Position numbers and translations under genes: made by a program. DNA of 32,415 nucleotides, the filler included, from Rhizodiscina lignyota (lineage: Eukaryota), in assembly GCA_010015805.1 (NCBI GenBank). It is 5 parts of 5 records of this genome, joined end to end, with 100 filler letters (N's around TTAATTAATTAA, not from the genome) between each part and the next. Parts side by side here need not be neighbours in the genome. Positions count along the whole stretch, not along the records: positions 21,112 to 28,144 come from ML978150.1; positions 28,245 to 29,778 come from ML978151.1; positions 29,879 to 31,272 come from ML978152.1; positions 31,373 to 32,415 come from ML978153.1; 1 more part is not named here. The stretch is one strand, 5' to 3'. Numbering within the stretch: position 1 is the stretch's first letter; the number at the start of each line of letters is the position of its first letter. This document shows, in pieces, positions 21,112 through 32,415 of the stretch. The notes under the pieces were generated by a model, which worked only from the letters and a program-made list of their open reading frames with translations, ran no database searches and had not been told where the DNA came from.

Positions 21112-24100
21112 AATCCTACTACTACTATCTAAATCCGTCGACGCGATCGTCGTAAAAACCTCCTCTAACTTAAACCCTATAAACGGCCTTACTAACCTTA
21201 AATCGTACTATAACAACTTACCTACCTCGCGCGGCAAATACCTATCGGATCGCCCTCTTCTCTCCTACTGCCGACACTCCCTACGCAACTAGCGCTGTCT
21301 CGAATTCATGCTCGAAAACTGCCTTAGAATCGCCTTAAATTCGCCCGCTTAATCTAATAATTAATAAACAAACAAACGCTGCTACCCGAATTGAATTAAC
21401 ACCTTGCACGCGTTGTTGCTCTTAAACCCGCCTACTATCTCCTTAAACCCTAACTACTTGACTAACGACCTCTTAAACCCCCCTAAATCGTCGTTATTAC
21501 TAACCTTAATATCTATATCCTTACCCCTCCTACCTTTGTTGTTAAAAAACTCCTGCTCCTACCCCCTCTCCCCTTTTACCTACCCCTTAAACTCCTCCCC
21601 TTTTACGTACTATAACGCTACTACCGCCTCAATTAATACTCCTTTCCTATACTAGTACTAGAAAACCCCTTGCCTTCGCTACTTCTACCTACTATTCGCC
21701 TTATTTAACTCCTACGTCCTATAAACCCCTTGTAGCACCCTGTAACCCTAACAACCCGTAAACCTCTACTACTTAACGCCCTCCTTAACCTCCCTAACTA
21801 CCTCTCTAAACATCTCTACGTCGACCTCGCTTCCTACCCTTAAACACTCCTTAAACTCGTGCCCTGCGTACGCCCTATCACCTATCGTATAATAATATGT
21901 ATAACCCGCGCGCTACTCCTCTAATATATCCTCTAACCTCTACTCTATAATTATCTGTTTTTATTGTAATACCCTCTCGCCCTTTACTCTAGCCCTACGC
22001 CTTGTTATCTCCCTATTAAACTCTATCCTTAACTCTTGCCTTTCCCTCTCGTCCCTACTTCTATCCCTACTATTATTACTATTCTTATTAATAACCCTCT
22101 TTCTCCCTCTCCTCTTACTCTGCCTACTCTAGCTATATATGTACGCCTACTGTAATTCCGCCTGCTACAATCCCTCTACCCGCTACAATCCCTCCTACCG
22201 CTATAATCCTTCCGCCTACTATAATCCCGTCTACTACTACAATCCCTCCTCTTATAACTGCCCTTCTCCCTCCTGTAATCGCCTCCTATAATACATATCG
22301 TACGCCTCCTCTCCCTTCTTATACCCCTTTCTATCCCTCCTACTATCTATTACCCTGTCTAATACCGCCCTCCTATACTAGCTATTACCCTACGAATCTA
22401 CAAACTCTATTATATTATCCTCTATCCCCTACTAGCTCTTATCCTCCTATATAACCTCGCCCGTCCTCTAATCGACCTTAACCGCCTGTAATACAATCGA
22501 CTCGCACGCCCTCCTATCCCTACCTACCCTACTACTCTCTTATACGAAACTCCTTAACTTCCTTACCCTACCTACGTATATAACTACCCTAATCGTTAGC
22601 GTATTAACCCCTAATCCTAACGCGTTTGTCGCTGTAAAAACCTGCTCTGTACCTTCTTTTAACACTTATAATAACTTCGCCTTTTCTTCTTTACTACCTA
22701 CTACTCTATAGAAATACTTATACCCTAAAACCTTTACTAACCTCTCCGTCTTCTTGACTATATTGTAATATACTATAATCTAGCTTAGTATCGTATACTA
22801 CGCCCTCTTCTCCTCTACTAATCTAACTACTATCTCCTTCTCTTCTACCTAGCTATGAAAAATTACCTAGTATTTAATATTCTTCTTTATAGTTAGCGCC
22901 CTAAACTAATACTCTCCCTCTTTCTCTCTCTCTCCCTCTCCTTCTCTCTCTATACTCTCTCTTTTACTACTACTACTACTCTCTCTGTTACTACTACTAT
23001 TACTCTCCTTACTACTACTACTACTACTACCGCCTCTCTTCTTACTGTTACTACCGCTAAACCCTATTAATCTTTTAAACTCTGGCTCGTCCGCTAGTAG
23101 TAATATTACTATTAAAAATACTATCTGTATCTCTACCCTAATTAACTTCCTTAACTATAAAACCCGACTCCTCTACCTGCCCCTCTCGCTTGAATCTAAT
23201 ACTACATAGTACTCGTTAATTACTACCCGATCTAACCGGCCTATCGCCCTCTACCTGTTTAAAAACTAGCTAAACACTGTACCTACTACTAACTCTAGCG
23301 TTACGAATATAATTAACGCCTACTCGTATAGCCTTGCGCTACTCTACTCTACGCACTCTATCCCTACCGCCTTGTATCTAGCTGCTATGTCCTGCCTTAA
23401 TATAATTAATAGTACTACTACTACTATTATACCCGTAGAATAAAACGCTAGCAATATAAATAACAAACTCTTACCCTCTCCTGTCGCTATAATCGCTACT
23501 ACCGGGCTTCTCTACTATATAATTACCTTAATTACTAGCTCCTACAACCCTTTAAACTCTATATCTAGCCTAACTAACTTCCGCAACTACTTCCTTATAT
23601 CTGTCTTCCGTATCGCTACCTACCTCCCGAACTCTTCTTCCTCCGCTTGCTACCTCCTATAGGCCGCTACTAAACCCTGCTTAGCTAGCTCCTATAACGC
23701 TGATTTAAACATTAAAAACTTATGCTACTCCTTACTAACCTTCTAAAACATGACCTGCTGCGCTATAGTGTAGAATAGTAACTTATCGACGCCCCTACTA
23801 TATATGCCCTCCCTTATCTGCGCGCTATAGCCTGTCTACAAATAGAATCCGACCTCTCTTTAATTAAACCCGTTAATATACTGCCCCTTCCCCCCCTTGT
23901 CCTCTTCCTACTACCTACTATCCTTATCTCCTCTCGTAATAGCTTAGATAATAGCCTTATTATTAATATACTGCCTGTAAATCGCCTTGCTACTATACCT
24001 CTAATATATAATGTTTATCCTTACCCCTAAATATGTTATACTAGCCTTCTAGATCGCTTTTCTAACCCTATCCGTATCCTAATATACTGTCTTTATCGAT

Positions 24101-27100
24101 AGTAGCTACTATCTATCCTCTCTATTATCCCTTTCTCCTCCTCCTCCTCCTCCTCCTCGCCGTCTTCTCCCTCTTATCTTTAGGCCCTACTACGCCTGTT
24201 CTAGCTTTAGCTCCTATAAAAACGGGCTGCGGCCGCTTCTACTACTACTAGCGATATTTCTACTATTGTTGCCGGCGATATTGCTACTACTATCTCCTTC
24301 GACCTCTACTACTGCCGCTACCGCCGCCGCCGTTAATACGACGGTAGAAATACTCTCTAACCTGTCCTAAAACGGCCTTACTAACTACAAATCGTACAAT
24401 AATAACGACCTGACCTCGTGTAGCAAATACTAGTAGATTACCTTCTCCCTACCGCTAAACCCTACGCCCTTATAGTACTATACTACGTATACTACTATCC
24501 TATCCTCTACGAAAATGTCTCTGCCTACGCCGTCCGCGCTATTCTTATACTGTACTATAATAATCTCTATACCCCTAGCTAGCTGTCCTCCCGTTATATA
24601 CATTAATACTAATAAATCCTGCCTATACGCGTCTAAATCCTTCTTATACTACTAGATCCTGTCTTTCTTCTATATAACCGGATTGCCGCTATTCTGCTGC
24701 CGCCGCCGCTACTACTACTACTAGCTTCTACGGATTATATCGTGCGTAGCCTTAGTATCGACAAACTCCTCGCGTAACTACTACTCCCCTATAACTCTGT
24801 CTACTATCTACTTACTACTGTCGACGCTGCTAAACGCCTCTCTATTCCGCCTGTCGTCTATAAAACTCTACCTAACCCTTATCTCTACTATATTATCTAC
24901 TATCTAGTCTATTTTTACTAGCGGTAACTACGTCGTCGTATCTACGCTATTAGGCCGGCCCTTATCGTTGATATGTAATAATAATAACCTCCTCTTAAAC
25001 CTTAACTATAACGTGTATACTAACCCGTAGATTATCGCCCGTAAATCTAGCATACTAAAACTAATATAGCTGTATAACAACCTGTCGCTAACCTAATCTA
25101 CTACTCCGTCTACTACTATACTATAATATACCTTTAACCCGTACGTCCTTAACATTAAAACCCAATTTATCGGCGTCGGCTTGCTACTAAATACGGTTAA
25201 CGTTATAAACCTGTACACTATCTCCTACGCTAACTAGAAATAGGTTAGCGCCTTCTTTAATGCCTCTACCCGGCTAAAACCTTACTCTTCCCTTATCTCT
25301 TTAATTACTACTTCCCTTATTAACTTTACGCGGTATAAAACTAATATTCTAGCGACTATAATAACTACTAACAATACTCGCGTCGCCTTAGACAGCCCTT
25401 TCTACGCGTAATCCTTATCTAACCCTAAAACCGCCAATCTACTAACGATACTATTTGTATATATGTCGTCCTATACGTTATAGTCTAATAATATGATTAA
25501 AAACTCTAATATCGCTACTTCTACCTTACTGTCTTCTTTATCTCCTCCCCTCTCTTCCTCTCCTTACTCCTACTCTTACTCCTACTCTTGCCCCCGCCCT
25601 TGTACCTTCTTACCCTACTCCTCTTTACGCTTAATAGTCTGTTTAACCTATATTAATACTCTAACCTATCTACTAGTCAATCTATACAGCGGTCTTTTCT
25701 ACTTAATACTATTTTCTGCTTCTTCTCTTCTATCCCTCCCTCCTTACCTTCTTCCCTCTCGCCTAGCCCTTTTAATCTCTATACGCATCTCCTTATCTAA
25801 CCTTAAATCCTTTTCTAAATCTTCCTCTAAATCCTCTTCTACTAGCCCTATTAACGCGTCCCCTAACCTGCTATTACTGTCGCTACTACTACTACTCCTA
25901 CTACTCCTCCTCCCCCTCCCCCCTTTTATCGCCTCTAGTAAACCCTACGTCCTCTAAATATAACAAACTACCTTATACTAAACCTTAGCGTACCTCTTAA
26001 TCGTCTTACCCTACTACCTTACGTTTAACAGCTTCTTATTCGATATCTTGCCTATCTCTCTTCTATTTATATAATATGTAGCTATAAAACCTACAACTTC
26101 TGGCTATACTGCCTTTTACGCCTCCTAAATAACTATCTATACTATATTATATACCCTAACTAACTCCTACTCTCTTTTTATATCTATTATACTACTACTT
26201 TCGCTATTACTTTTACTATTACTTTCGCTATTACTGCTTTCGCTACTACTATCGTCGCTACTATCGTCGCTACTACTACTATTACTATCGCTATCGCTCC
26301 TATCTCTATCTACTAGCATCTCTACTATCTTAACTAACTACCTATAGTTAAACCCCTCTAAATGCCTCGCCTATCCCGCCCTCCTTAACTACGTTTATAG
26401 TACGTATCTATTCGTATTAGCCTAGACTATCGCCCTCTCCTCCTTAGCCTCTCGCTTTAACCGCTTATCTACTAACATGAAAACCCTCTCTATCTACCGC
26501 CTTATAACGCGCTATATCTGCTTATCCCTATTAACTGTACTTTCTCCTTTATCTCCCTTACCCTTACCCTTACCTCCTAGCCTTACTATTACCTTAAACA
26601 ACCGCTACTACCCTCCTATCCTAAAAAACTGCTAGTAATACATACCTACTATCTACATCTTATACTCTTACGCCTCTATAATAGCTAACCTCGTCGCCCT
26701 ACTACGGCCGCGCCTATTCGCCTACCTATACTCTTACTTATAATACTTCTATATATCCTCCCGCGTGCGGTATATATGTCCGTACTCGTCGTACTAATAA
26801 CTATCGTCCTATAACTACAAACCGGCTAATAGCGCTAACATAGGCTCTAGATACTAGACCTCCTTACGCGTGACTACAATATCTTTTGCTGCGATGCTAC
26901 TTACCTCTACTACAATCGCCCTACGCGCGTCTACTGTTAACTTGCTCTTATGCTTCTAGCTTAAATGTAAACCTATACTACTCCTAATAATAGCGTACCT
27001 GTACCTCCTATAAATAATCGCCTTATACTACGGTAAATACTCGAAATAATCGCTAAAACCTACTATCTCTCCCCTAATCTTTTAATCTCCCTCCCTCCTT

Positions 27101-27765
27101 AGTTCTACTATAGGTTCTTCCTTAACTAACGACTAGGGCAACTATTAAATAGCCTTCTAAACTTAATAATACGTCTTATTATCTACTTAAATCCCTAATC
27201 TTCTCCTCCTTTTCTTATTTCGTAGCTTTGACGCTTTAGCCCCTAGCCGCGCTACGCGCGCACGCCCGCCCGCCCGCCCTACTTAAAACACGTAACTACG
27301 AAACTACTTTCGTACTATAGAAACAGGCGCGTACTACCCTATTAACCTACTATATTTAACTACAGCTTACCCGCCTTTAACTATAATATACTACCTACTA
27401 TCCTACCTACCTACTACGTCCGACCGCGACTTGTTTTACTTACTACATACTATACTAAACTACTAATCCTGCTTAGATCACGTAACCGCGAACACGAAAA
27501 CTCCTGCATACCGCGGACTACAGCTATAACGTAATAACGTACTATAACCCTAATAGTTCTAACTGCATGGCCGGGTTAGGCGCGGCTAGGACTATATTTC
27601 TACACGCTTAAAACCCGCCCCTAGGCGCTACTTTACTACTTTCTCGCAAATTAGGTTCGACTCTAAACCCTAAATCGGTCCGACCCCCTCCTTATCCTAC
27701 TAGCGCTAAATTTGTTAGCAGGCTTAAATCAGTTCGACTCGAACCGGTCGTATAGTACGAGTTAG
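21112..27765 (-). mobile_element. RIP-inactivated helicase-encoding element (telomere-linked-helicase-like)
   Basis: Long strand-biased RIPed coding relic. A candidate 5' terminus at 27765 is defined by comparison with the copy at 32321-32415. Confidence 0.75.
21382..27066 (-). pseudogene. RIP-mutated ~1900-codon ORF: DUF3505-like Zn-finger region, central domain, RecQ-family helicase
   Basis: After reverting C>T/G>A changes the minus strand reads ICRRCRYA..HL...H and WLRRAGWARHLEG near 26360-27050. Walker A ATGEGKSLLF at about 23460-23490, VVIDECH at about 23205-23225, ATNALGLGVD at about 22600-22635, QESGRAGRDG at about 22513-22545. Confidence 0.85.
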
Positions 27766-28144
27766 CTTAGTATATACTAGGCTATAAGATATAGTTAAGC
27801 GTATACTAGTTTTTAACTAGTTACTACTAAGTAGAGTAGAGGCTAGGTACACGGAAAAAATTCGTACTAGCTTATATAAAGATAAGGTCGTAATTAAGGT
27901 AGCTTTAGCTACTAATTATTATAGTTAAGTAAGGTAGAGTAGTATAAACTAAGTATTAAAGTAAAGAGTATATTAATCTAACTATTATAAGTAGCTACTA
28001 ACGATATAAATACTAGCTATAGCTAGCTTATACCTACCTAACTAATACTAACTTAAAGGAATCTATAATATTTACTTACTACTAAGCTATATCTAGTTCT
28101 ATATATTAGTAAGAAAGGATATACTAAGAAAATAAAAATCCTAG

Positions 28145-28244
28145 NNNNNNNNNNNNNNNNNNNNNNNNNNNNNNNNNNNNNNNNNNNNTTAATTAATTAA
28201 NNNNNNNNNNNNNNNNNNNNNNNNNNNNNNNNNNNNNNNNNNNN
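28145..28244. other. Scaffold gap with artificial linker
   Basis: N44-TTAATTAATTAA-N44. Confidence 0.97.
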
Positions 28245-29778
28245 TTTACCTTATTATCTCTTTATTTTCTTACTAATCTATTATTCTTACTTCTATTATT
28301 TTAATATACTACCGTTAATTACTACTACTAGCGAGCTTTCGAGCGCCTAAACTAATATAACTCTAGCGTCGAATCCTAACGTAAGTTATTTAAAGTAGTA
28401 ACCTTTTAAGTATTTAGCTAGCTTAGTAGATACTCGAACGACTATACTATTTTATAGTATATAAATTAATAAGAAGATCCTTAACTATTTTATTCTTATT
28501 CCTCTAGTACTACTAGGAGCAAAAGGTAGCTAGTAGCGCTTATAGATTTATAGCTACGGTATTATTAGTAAAGAGTATTAAGATCCTTCTCTACTACTAG
28601 GTAAATCTTATAAAAGATTCTAGATATACCTTTACTATTTTAATTACGATTTTAAGCGTAAAATACATAATATTATCAAATTCTTACTTTAAGGTACTAC
28701 GAATTTAGCGTATTACTTAAGGAGTATATACTAGATTAACGCTCTAATAAAGTAGGTAACTAATATAGCTTATCCTAAAGTTAATTAGTAGTAGTATATT
28801 ATATACTACTACTACTAGGTTATTCTCTACTATATCTTATTTTAAGTATTAGTATACTAGTTATATTATTTAATTCTAAATCTTACGAATCCTAATACCT
28901 TCTAGATCGTACTAAGTTACTACTATACTATTACTAAGTAGCTTATCTTACTATTTATAGTATTATATACTAGCCTTATTCGAACTAAGCTCTATAGTAC
29001 TAAAGGACTTATTATACTAGCTTTTAATATATAGAGCTCTAGAAATTACCTCTCTTTATATAGGATTATTACTTACTATGTAACTTCTTACTATAAATAG
29101 CGTAGTATCCTTATTAGCCTTCTTTACGTTCTTAGCTAGTATTTAGGCGAGAATATCGCTAAGTATGTTAACTAAACCGTAAAGCGCTATAGAATCTCTA
29201 GTATACTTAGCTACTATATGCTTAATAACGCTAGTAATAACGATATAGCTATAAAAGAGCTTTATAAGCGCTATAAAGGCTTAGGAGATTGTATAATAAA
29301 GAGACTACGTTATTTAGGCTATATTATTAATCTAGTAGTTAAGGCTAGCTTATTTGTAAATTATAAGAAGGAAGATTAAGAAGAGATTAATAATAATAAC
29401 CTAGAAGAGCTAGTAGAATAGGCGTAGTGAAATATACTCTCTAATAAGCTAAAATACCTCGTAGCTAGGCGTAAACTCTATATAATTAGGAAGGTAGTAA
29501 ATATCTTTACTTATATTATAGCCTCTAGTTAACGCGTTAAATCCTTTCTCTAGCTAGAGAAAGAAGTAGAGCTAGATAAGACTCTAATAGTCATAAAAGA
29601 GGTTGCTACGCGCTAGAATAGTACGTATTTAATACTTAAAAAAGGTTAGTTATACTCTATAATTTACTCTTATTACTACTTTATAAGTTACTATATATTT
29701 TAGGTTTATATTACTATAATATTACTATAAAATAAGCCTAATCTAGCTATAATTCGTTACCTTTAATTACTTTTATTA
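28245..29778 (+). mobile_element. RIP-inactivated hAT-family (Restless-like) transposase relic
   Basis: De-RIPed plus frame gives FDIWSS, HSGENIA, LDNASNND (29221-29244), LRCLGHIINL (29305-29334) and TRWNSTYLM (from 29608); the last three are in the same frame. Confidence 0.85.
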
Positions 29779-29878
29779 NNNNNNNNNNNNNNNNNNNNNN
29801 NNNNNNNNNNNNNNNNNNNNNNTTAATTAATTAANNNNNNNNNNNNNNNNNNNNNNNNNNNNNNNNNNNNNNNNNNNN
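29779..29878. other. Scaffold gap with artificial linker
   Basis: N44-TTAATTAATTAA-N44. Confidence 0.97.
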
Positions 29879-31272
29879 GTAGTAATTAAAGAGATAAGGG
29901 AAGAGTAAGGTTTTAGCCGGGTAGAGGCATTAAAGAAGGCGCTAACCTATTTCTAGTTAGCGTAGGAGATAGTGTACAGGTTTATAACGTTAACCGTATT
30001 TAGTAGCAAGCCGACGCCGATAAATTGGGTTTTAATGTTAAGGACGTACGGGTTAAAGGTATATTATAGTATAGTAGTAGACGGAGTAGTAGATTAGGTT
30101 AGCGACAGGTTGTTATACAGCTATATTAGTTTTAGTATGCTAGATTTACGGGCGATAATCTACGGGTTAGTATACACGTTATAGTTAAGGTTTAAGAGGA
30201 GGTTATTATTATTACATATCAACGATAAGGGCCGGCCTAATAGCGTAGATACGACGACGTAGTTACCGCTAGTAAAAATAGACTAGATAGTAGATAATAT
30301 AGTAGAGATAAGGGTTAGGTAGAGTTTTATAGACGACAGGCGGAATAGAGAGGCGTTTAGCAGCGTCGACAGTAGTAAGTAGATAGTAGACAGAGTTATA
30401 GGGGAGTAGTAGTTACGCGAGGAGTTTGTCGATACTAAGGCTACGCACGATATAATCCGTAGAAGCTAGTAGTAGTAGTAGCGGCGGCGGCAGCAGAATA
30501 GCGGCAATCCGGTTATATAGAAGAAAGACAGGATCTAGTAGTATAAGAAGGATTTAGACGCGTATAGGCAGGATTTATTAGTATTAATGTATATAACGGG
30601 AGGACAGCTAGCTAGGGGTATAGAGATTATTATAGTACAGTATAAGAATAGCGCGGACGGCGTAGGCAGAGACATTTTCGTAGAGGATAGGATAGTAGTA
30701 TACGTAGTATAGTACTATAAGGGCGTAGGGTTTAGCGGTAGGGAGAAGGTAATCTACTAGTATTTGCTACACGAGGTCAGGTCGTTATTATTGTACGATT
30801 TGTAGTTAGTAAGGCCGTTTTAGGACAGGTTAGAGAGTATTTCTACCGTCGTATTAACGGCGGCGGCGGTAGCGGCAGTAGTAGAGGTCGAAGGAGATAG
30901 TAGTAGCAATATCGCCGGCAACAATAGTAGAAATATCGCTAGTAGTAGTAGAAGCGGCCGCAGCCCGTTTTTATAGGAGCTAAAGCTAGAACAGGCGTAG
31001 TAGGGCCTAAAGATAAGAGGGAGAAGACGGCGAGGAGGAGGAGGAGGAGGAGGAGAAAGGGATAATAGAGAGGATAGATAGTAGCTACTATCGATAAAGA
31101 CAGTATATTAGGATACGGATAGGGTTAGAAAAGCGATCTAGAAGGCTAGTATAACATATTTAGGGGTAAGGATAAACATTATATATTAGAGGTATAGTAG
31201 CAAGGCGATTTACAGGCAGTATATTAATAATAAGGCTATTATCTAAGCTATTACGAGAGGAGATAAGGATAG
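29879..31272 (+). repeat. 1394-bp inverted duplicate of 23918-25311
   Basis: Both ends, the length and sampled internal segments match the reverse complement of 23918-25311, including RIP mutations; bounded by gaps on both sides. Confidence 0.92.
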
Positions 31273-31372
31273 NNNNNNNNNNNNNNNNNNNNNNNNNNNN
31301 NNNNNNNNNNNNNNNNTTAATTAATTAANNNNNNNNNNNNNNNNNNNNNNNNNNNNNNNNNNNNNNNNNNNN
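31273..31372. other. Scaffold gap with artificial linker
   Basis: N44-TTAATTAATTAA-N44. Confidence 0.97.
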
Positions 31373-32219
31373 ACCTGGATGCGCAGGACCGGCTGGGCTG
31401 ACACGTTTGCTGGTGCCGATCGCTACTTGCTCCGGCGCCTTACTGACCCTCCCACTCCGCACGGCTATAGCCTACTGCTCAGCCGCCCCGGCACGGACGA
31501 GATTTGCAGTAGCGCTGAGGACGAGCAGGCCCTTGCCGTGATTGGTCGTGCTGTCGACTGCTTCTTCGATCGGTGCGAGGATACTGCGCGGAACACAGGC
31601 CACTCGGCCCGCTGCTGGCTTCGAAGCCAGGTCTCTGGGAGGCCGTATAAGGCGCCATTTGAGCTACCGGCACGGGAGAGTACTAGAAGAAGGTACCGAG
31701 GGCTGTGGAAGAGGCTCGTATACTTCTTAGCCCGCCTATATCGCCTTGACAGCGGAGTACGCGGAGAGCTGCTTGGCGTACAGCTTTCAGACGGCCAGCG
31801 AAGGGCTATAGAGCTGGTATGGGTGGCCGCCTCGCGACTTGAGCTGGACGGCCCAGCGGGTCAGCTACTACAGACGACAATGGGAGGTCAAGGCCTATAC
31901 TTTCCATCGCTGCGCCGTAACCCAGAAACCCTTGCCGCCTCTGATAGCAAGAGCTCCGGTCGCTCAGGGCTGATTATCTACCGTCGTCAGAGCCATTCAA
32001 GGCTATTAAAGGGTGGTTCCGCCGCCGCCGCCGCCGCCGCCGCAGCAGCAGCAGCAGCAGCAGCGGCGGCGGCGCTATCCCCAGACAGAGAGGGTGATGA
32101 GCTAGAGAGCCCGCTGGAACTATCCGACGAGACTAGCTCGAACGCTAGCGGCGATGAGACTACAGCTGCTAGTGCTGGCGAGCGTGATTCAGAGAAAGCT
32201 TACTCAAGTAGCGACAGTA

Positions 32220-32250
<31 letters not shown>

Positions 32251-32362
32251 TGATAGTAGCGACGACGATGACTATAACGAGACTGACGATGATATTGACG
32301 GAGAGGGGGATGCTATTGGACTAACTCGTGCCACACGACCGGTTCGAGTCGAACCGATTTGA
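31373..32362 (+). CDS. Partial ORF of a second, little-RIPed DUF3505/helicase-type element protein; 5' end lost in the gap, 3' end interrupted by an insertion at 32321
   Basis: TWMRRTGWADTFAG parallels TWLRRAGWARHLEG of the RIPed element. Also contains PF....ESTRRRYRGLWKRLVYFL and an acidic/low-complexity tract. GC-rich open frame. Confidence 0.65.
32021..32074 (+). repeat. GCC/GCA/GCG trinucleotide microsatellite (poly-Ala); a GGC poly-Gly tract follows at about 32222-32248
   Basis: Read directly from the sequence. Confidence 0.9.
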
Positions 32363-32415
32363 ACCTGCTAACAAATTTAGCGCCGGCAGGATAAGGAGGG
32401 GGTCGGACCGATTTA
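32321..32415 (+). mobile_element. Terminus of a mobile element (un-RIPed inverted copy of 27671-27765)
   Basis: 95-bp inverted match with 9 differences, all transitions. Similarity ends sharply at CTAACTCGTGCC. Contains the palindrome GGTTCGA-G-TCGAACC. Confidence 0.75.

Noticed and set aside
21404..21655. 83-aa L/P/S-rich plus-strand ORF
   Set aside because: Antisense shadow of the RIPed helicase ORF.
25493..25957. 154-aa hydrophobic-looking ORF
   Set aside because: Antisense of an acidic, purine-rich tract in the RIPed element; compositional artefact.

Overview
Filamentous-ascomycete genomic DNA (spliceosomal introns, strong RIP signatures). A ~20 kb gene-rich island (~480-20250) sits between AT-rich, RIP-degraded transposon DNA. 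The island carries a compact polyketide cluster: an MBOAT/TRI7-like O-acyltransferase, a divergent intronless Sec11-type signal peptidase paralogue, a highly reducing PKS (KS-AT-DH-cMT-ER-KR-ACP) and a glutathione S-transferase. These are followed by a secreted beta-propeller lactonase-like gene, a HET-domain remnant, a CE5 acetylxylan esterase and a metallo-beta-lactamase-fold hydrolase. In this sequence the PKS has three lesions (GG splice donor, +1 frameshift, in-frame TGA before the ACP) and the acyltransferase has a RIP-type TGG>TAG stop, so the cluster appears to be decaying. The right third holds a RIP-inactivated element with a DUF3505-like Zn-finger region, a putative tyrosine-recombinase-like motif and a RecQ helicase. 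It also holds a hAT transposase relic, a 1394-bp inverted duplicate contig, a second non-RIPed related ORF interrupted by an element terminus, and four artificial scaffold gaps. The top hypothesis is that the Sec11 paralogue next to the PKS is a self-resistance copy, pointing to an undescribed signal-peptidase-inhibiting polyketide.
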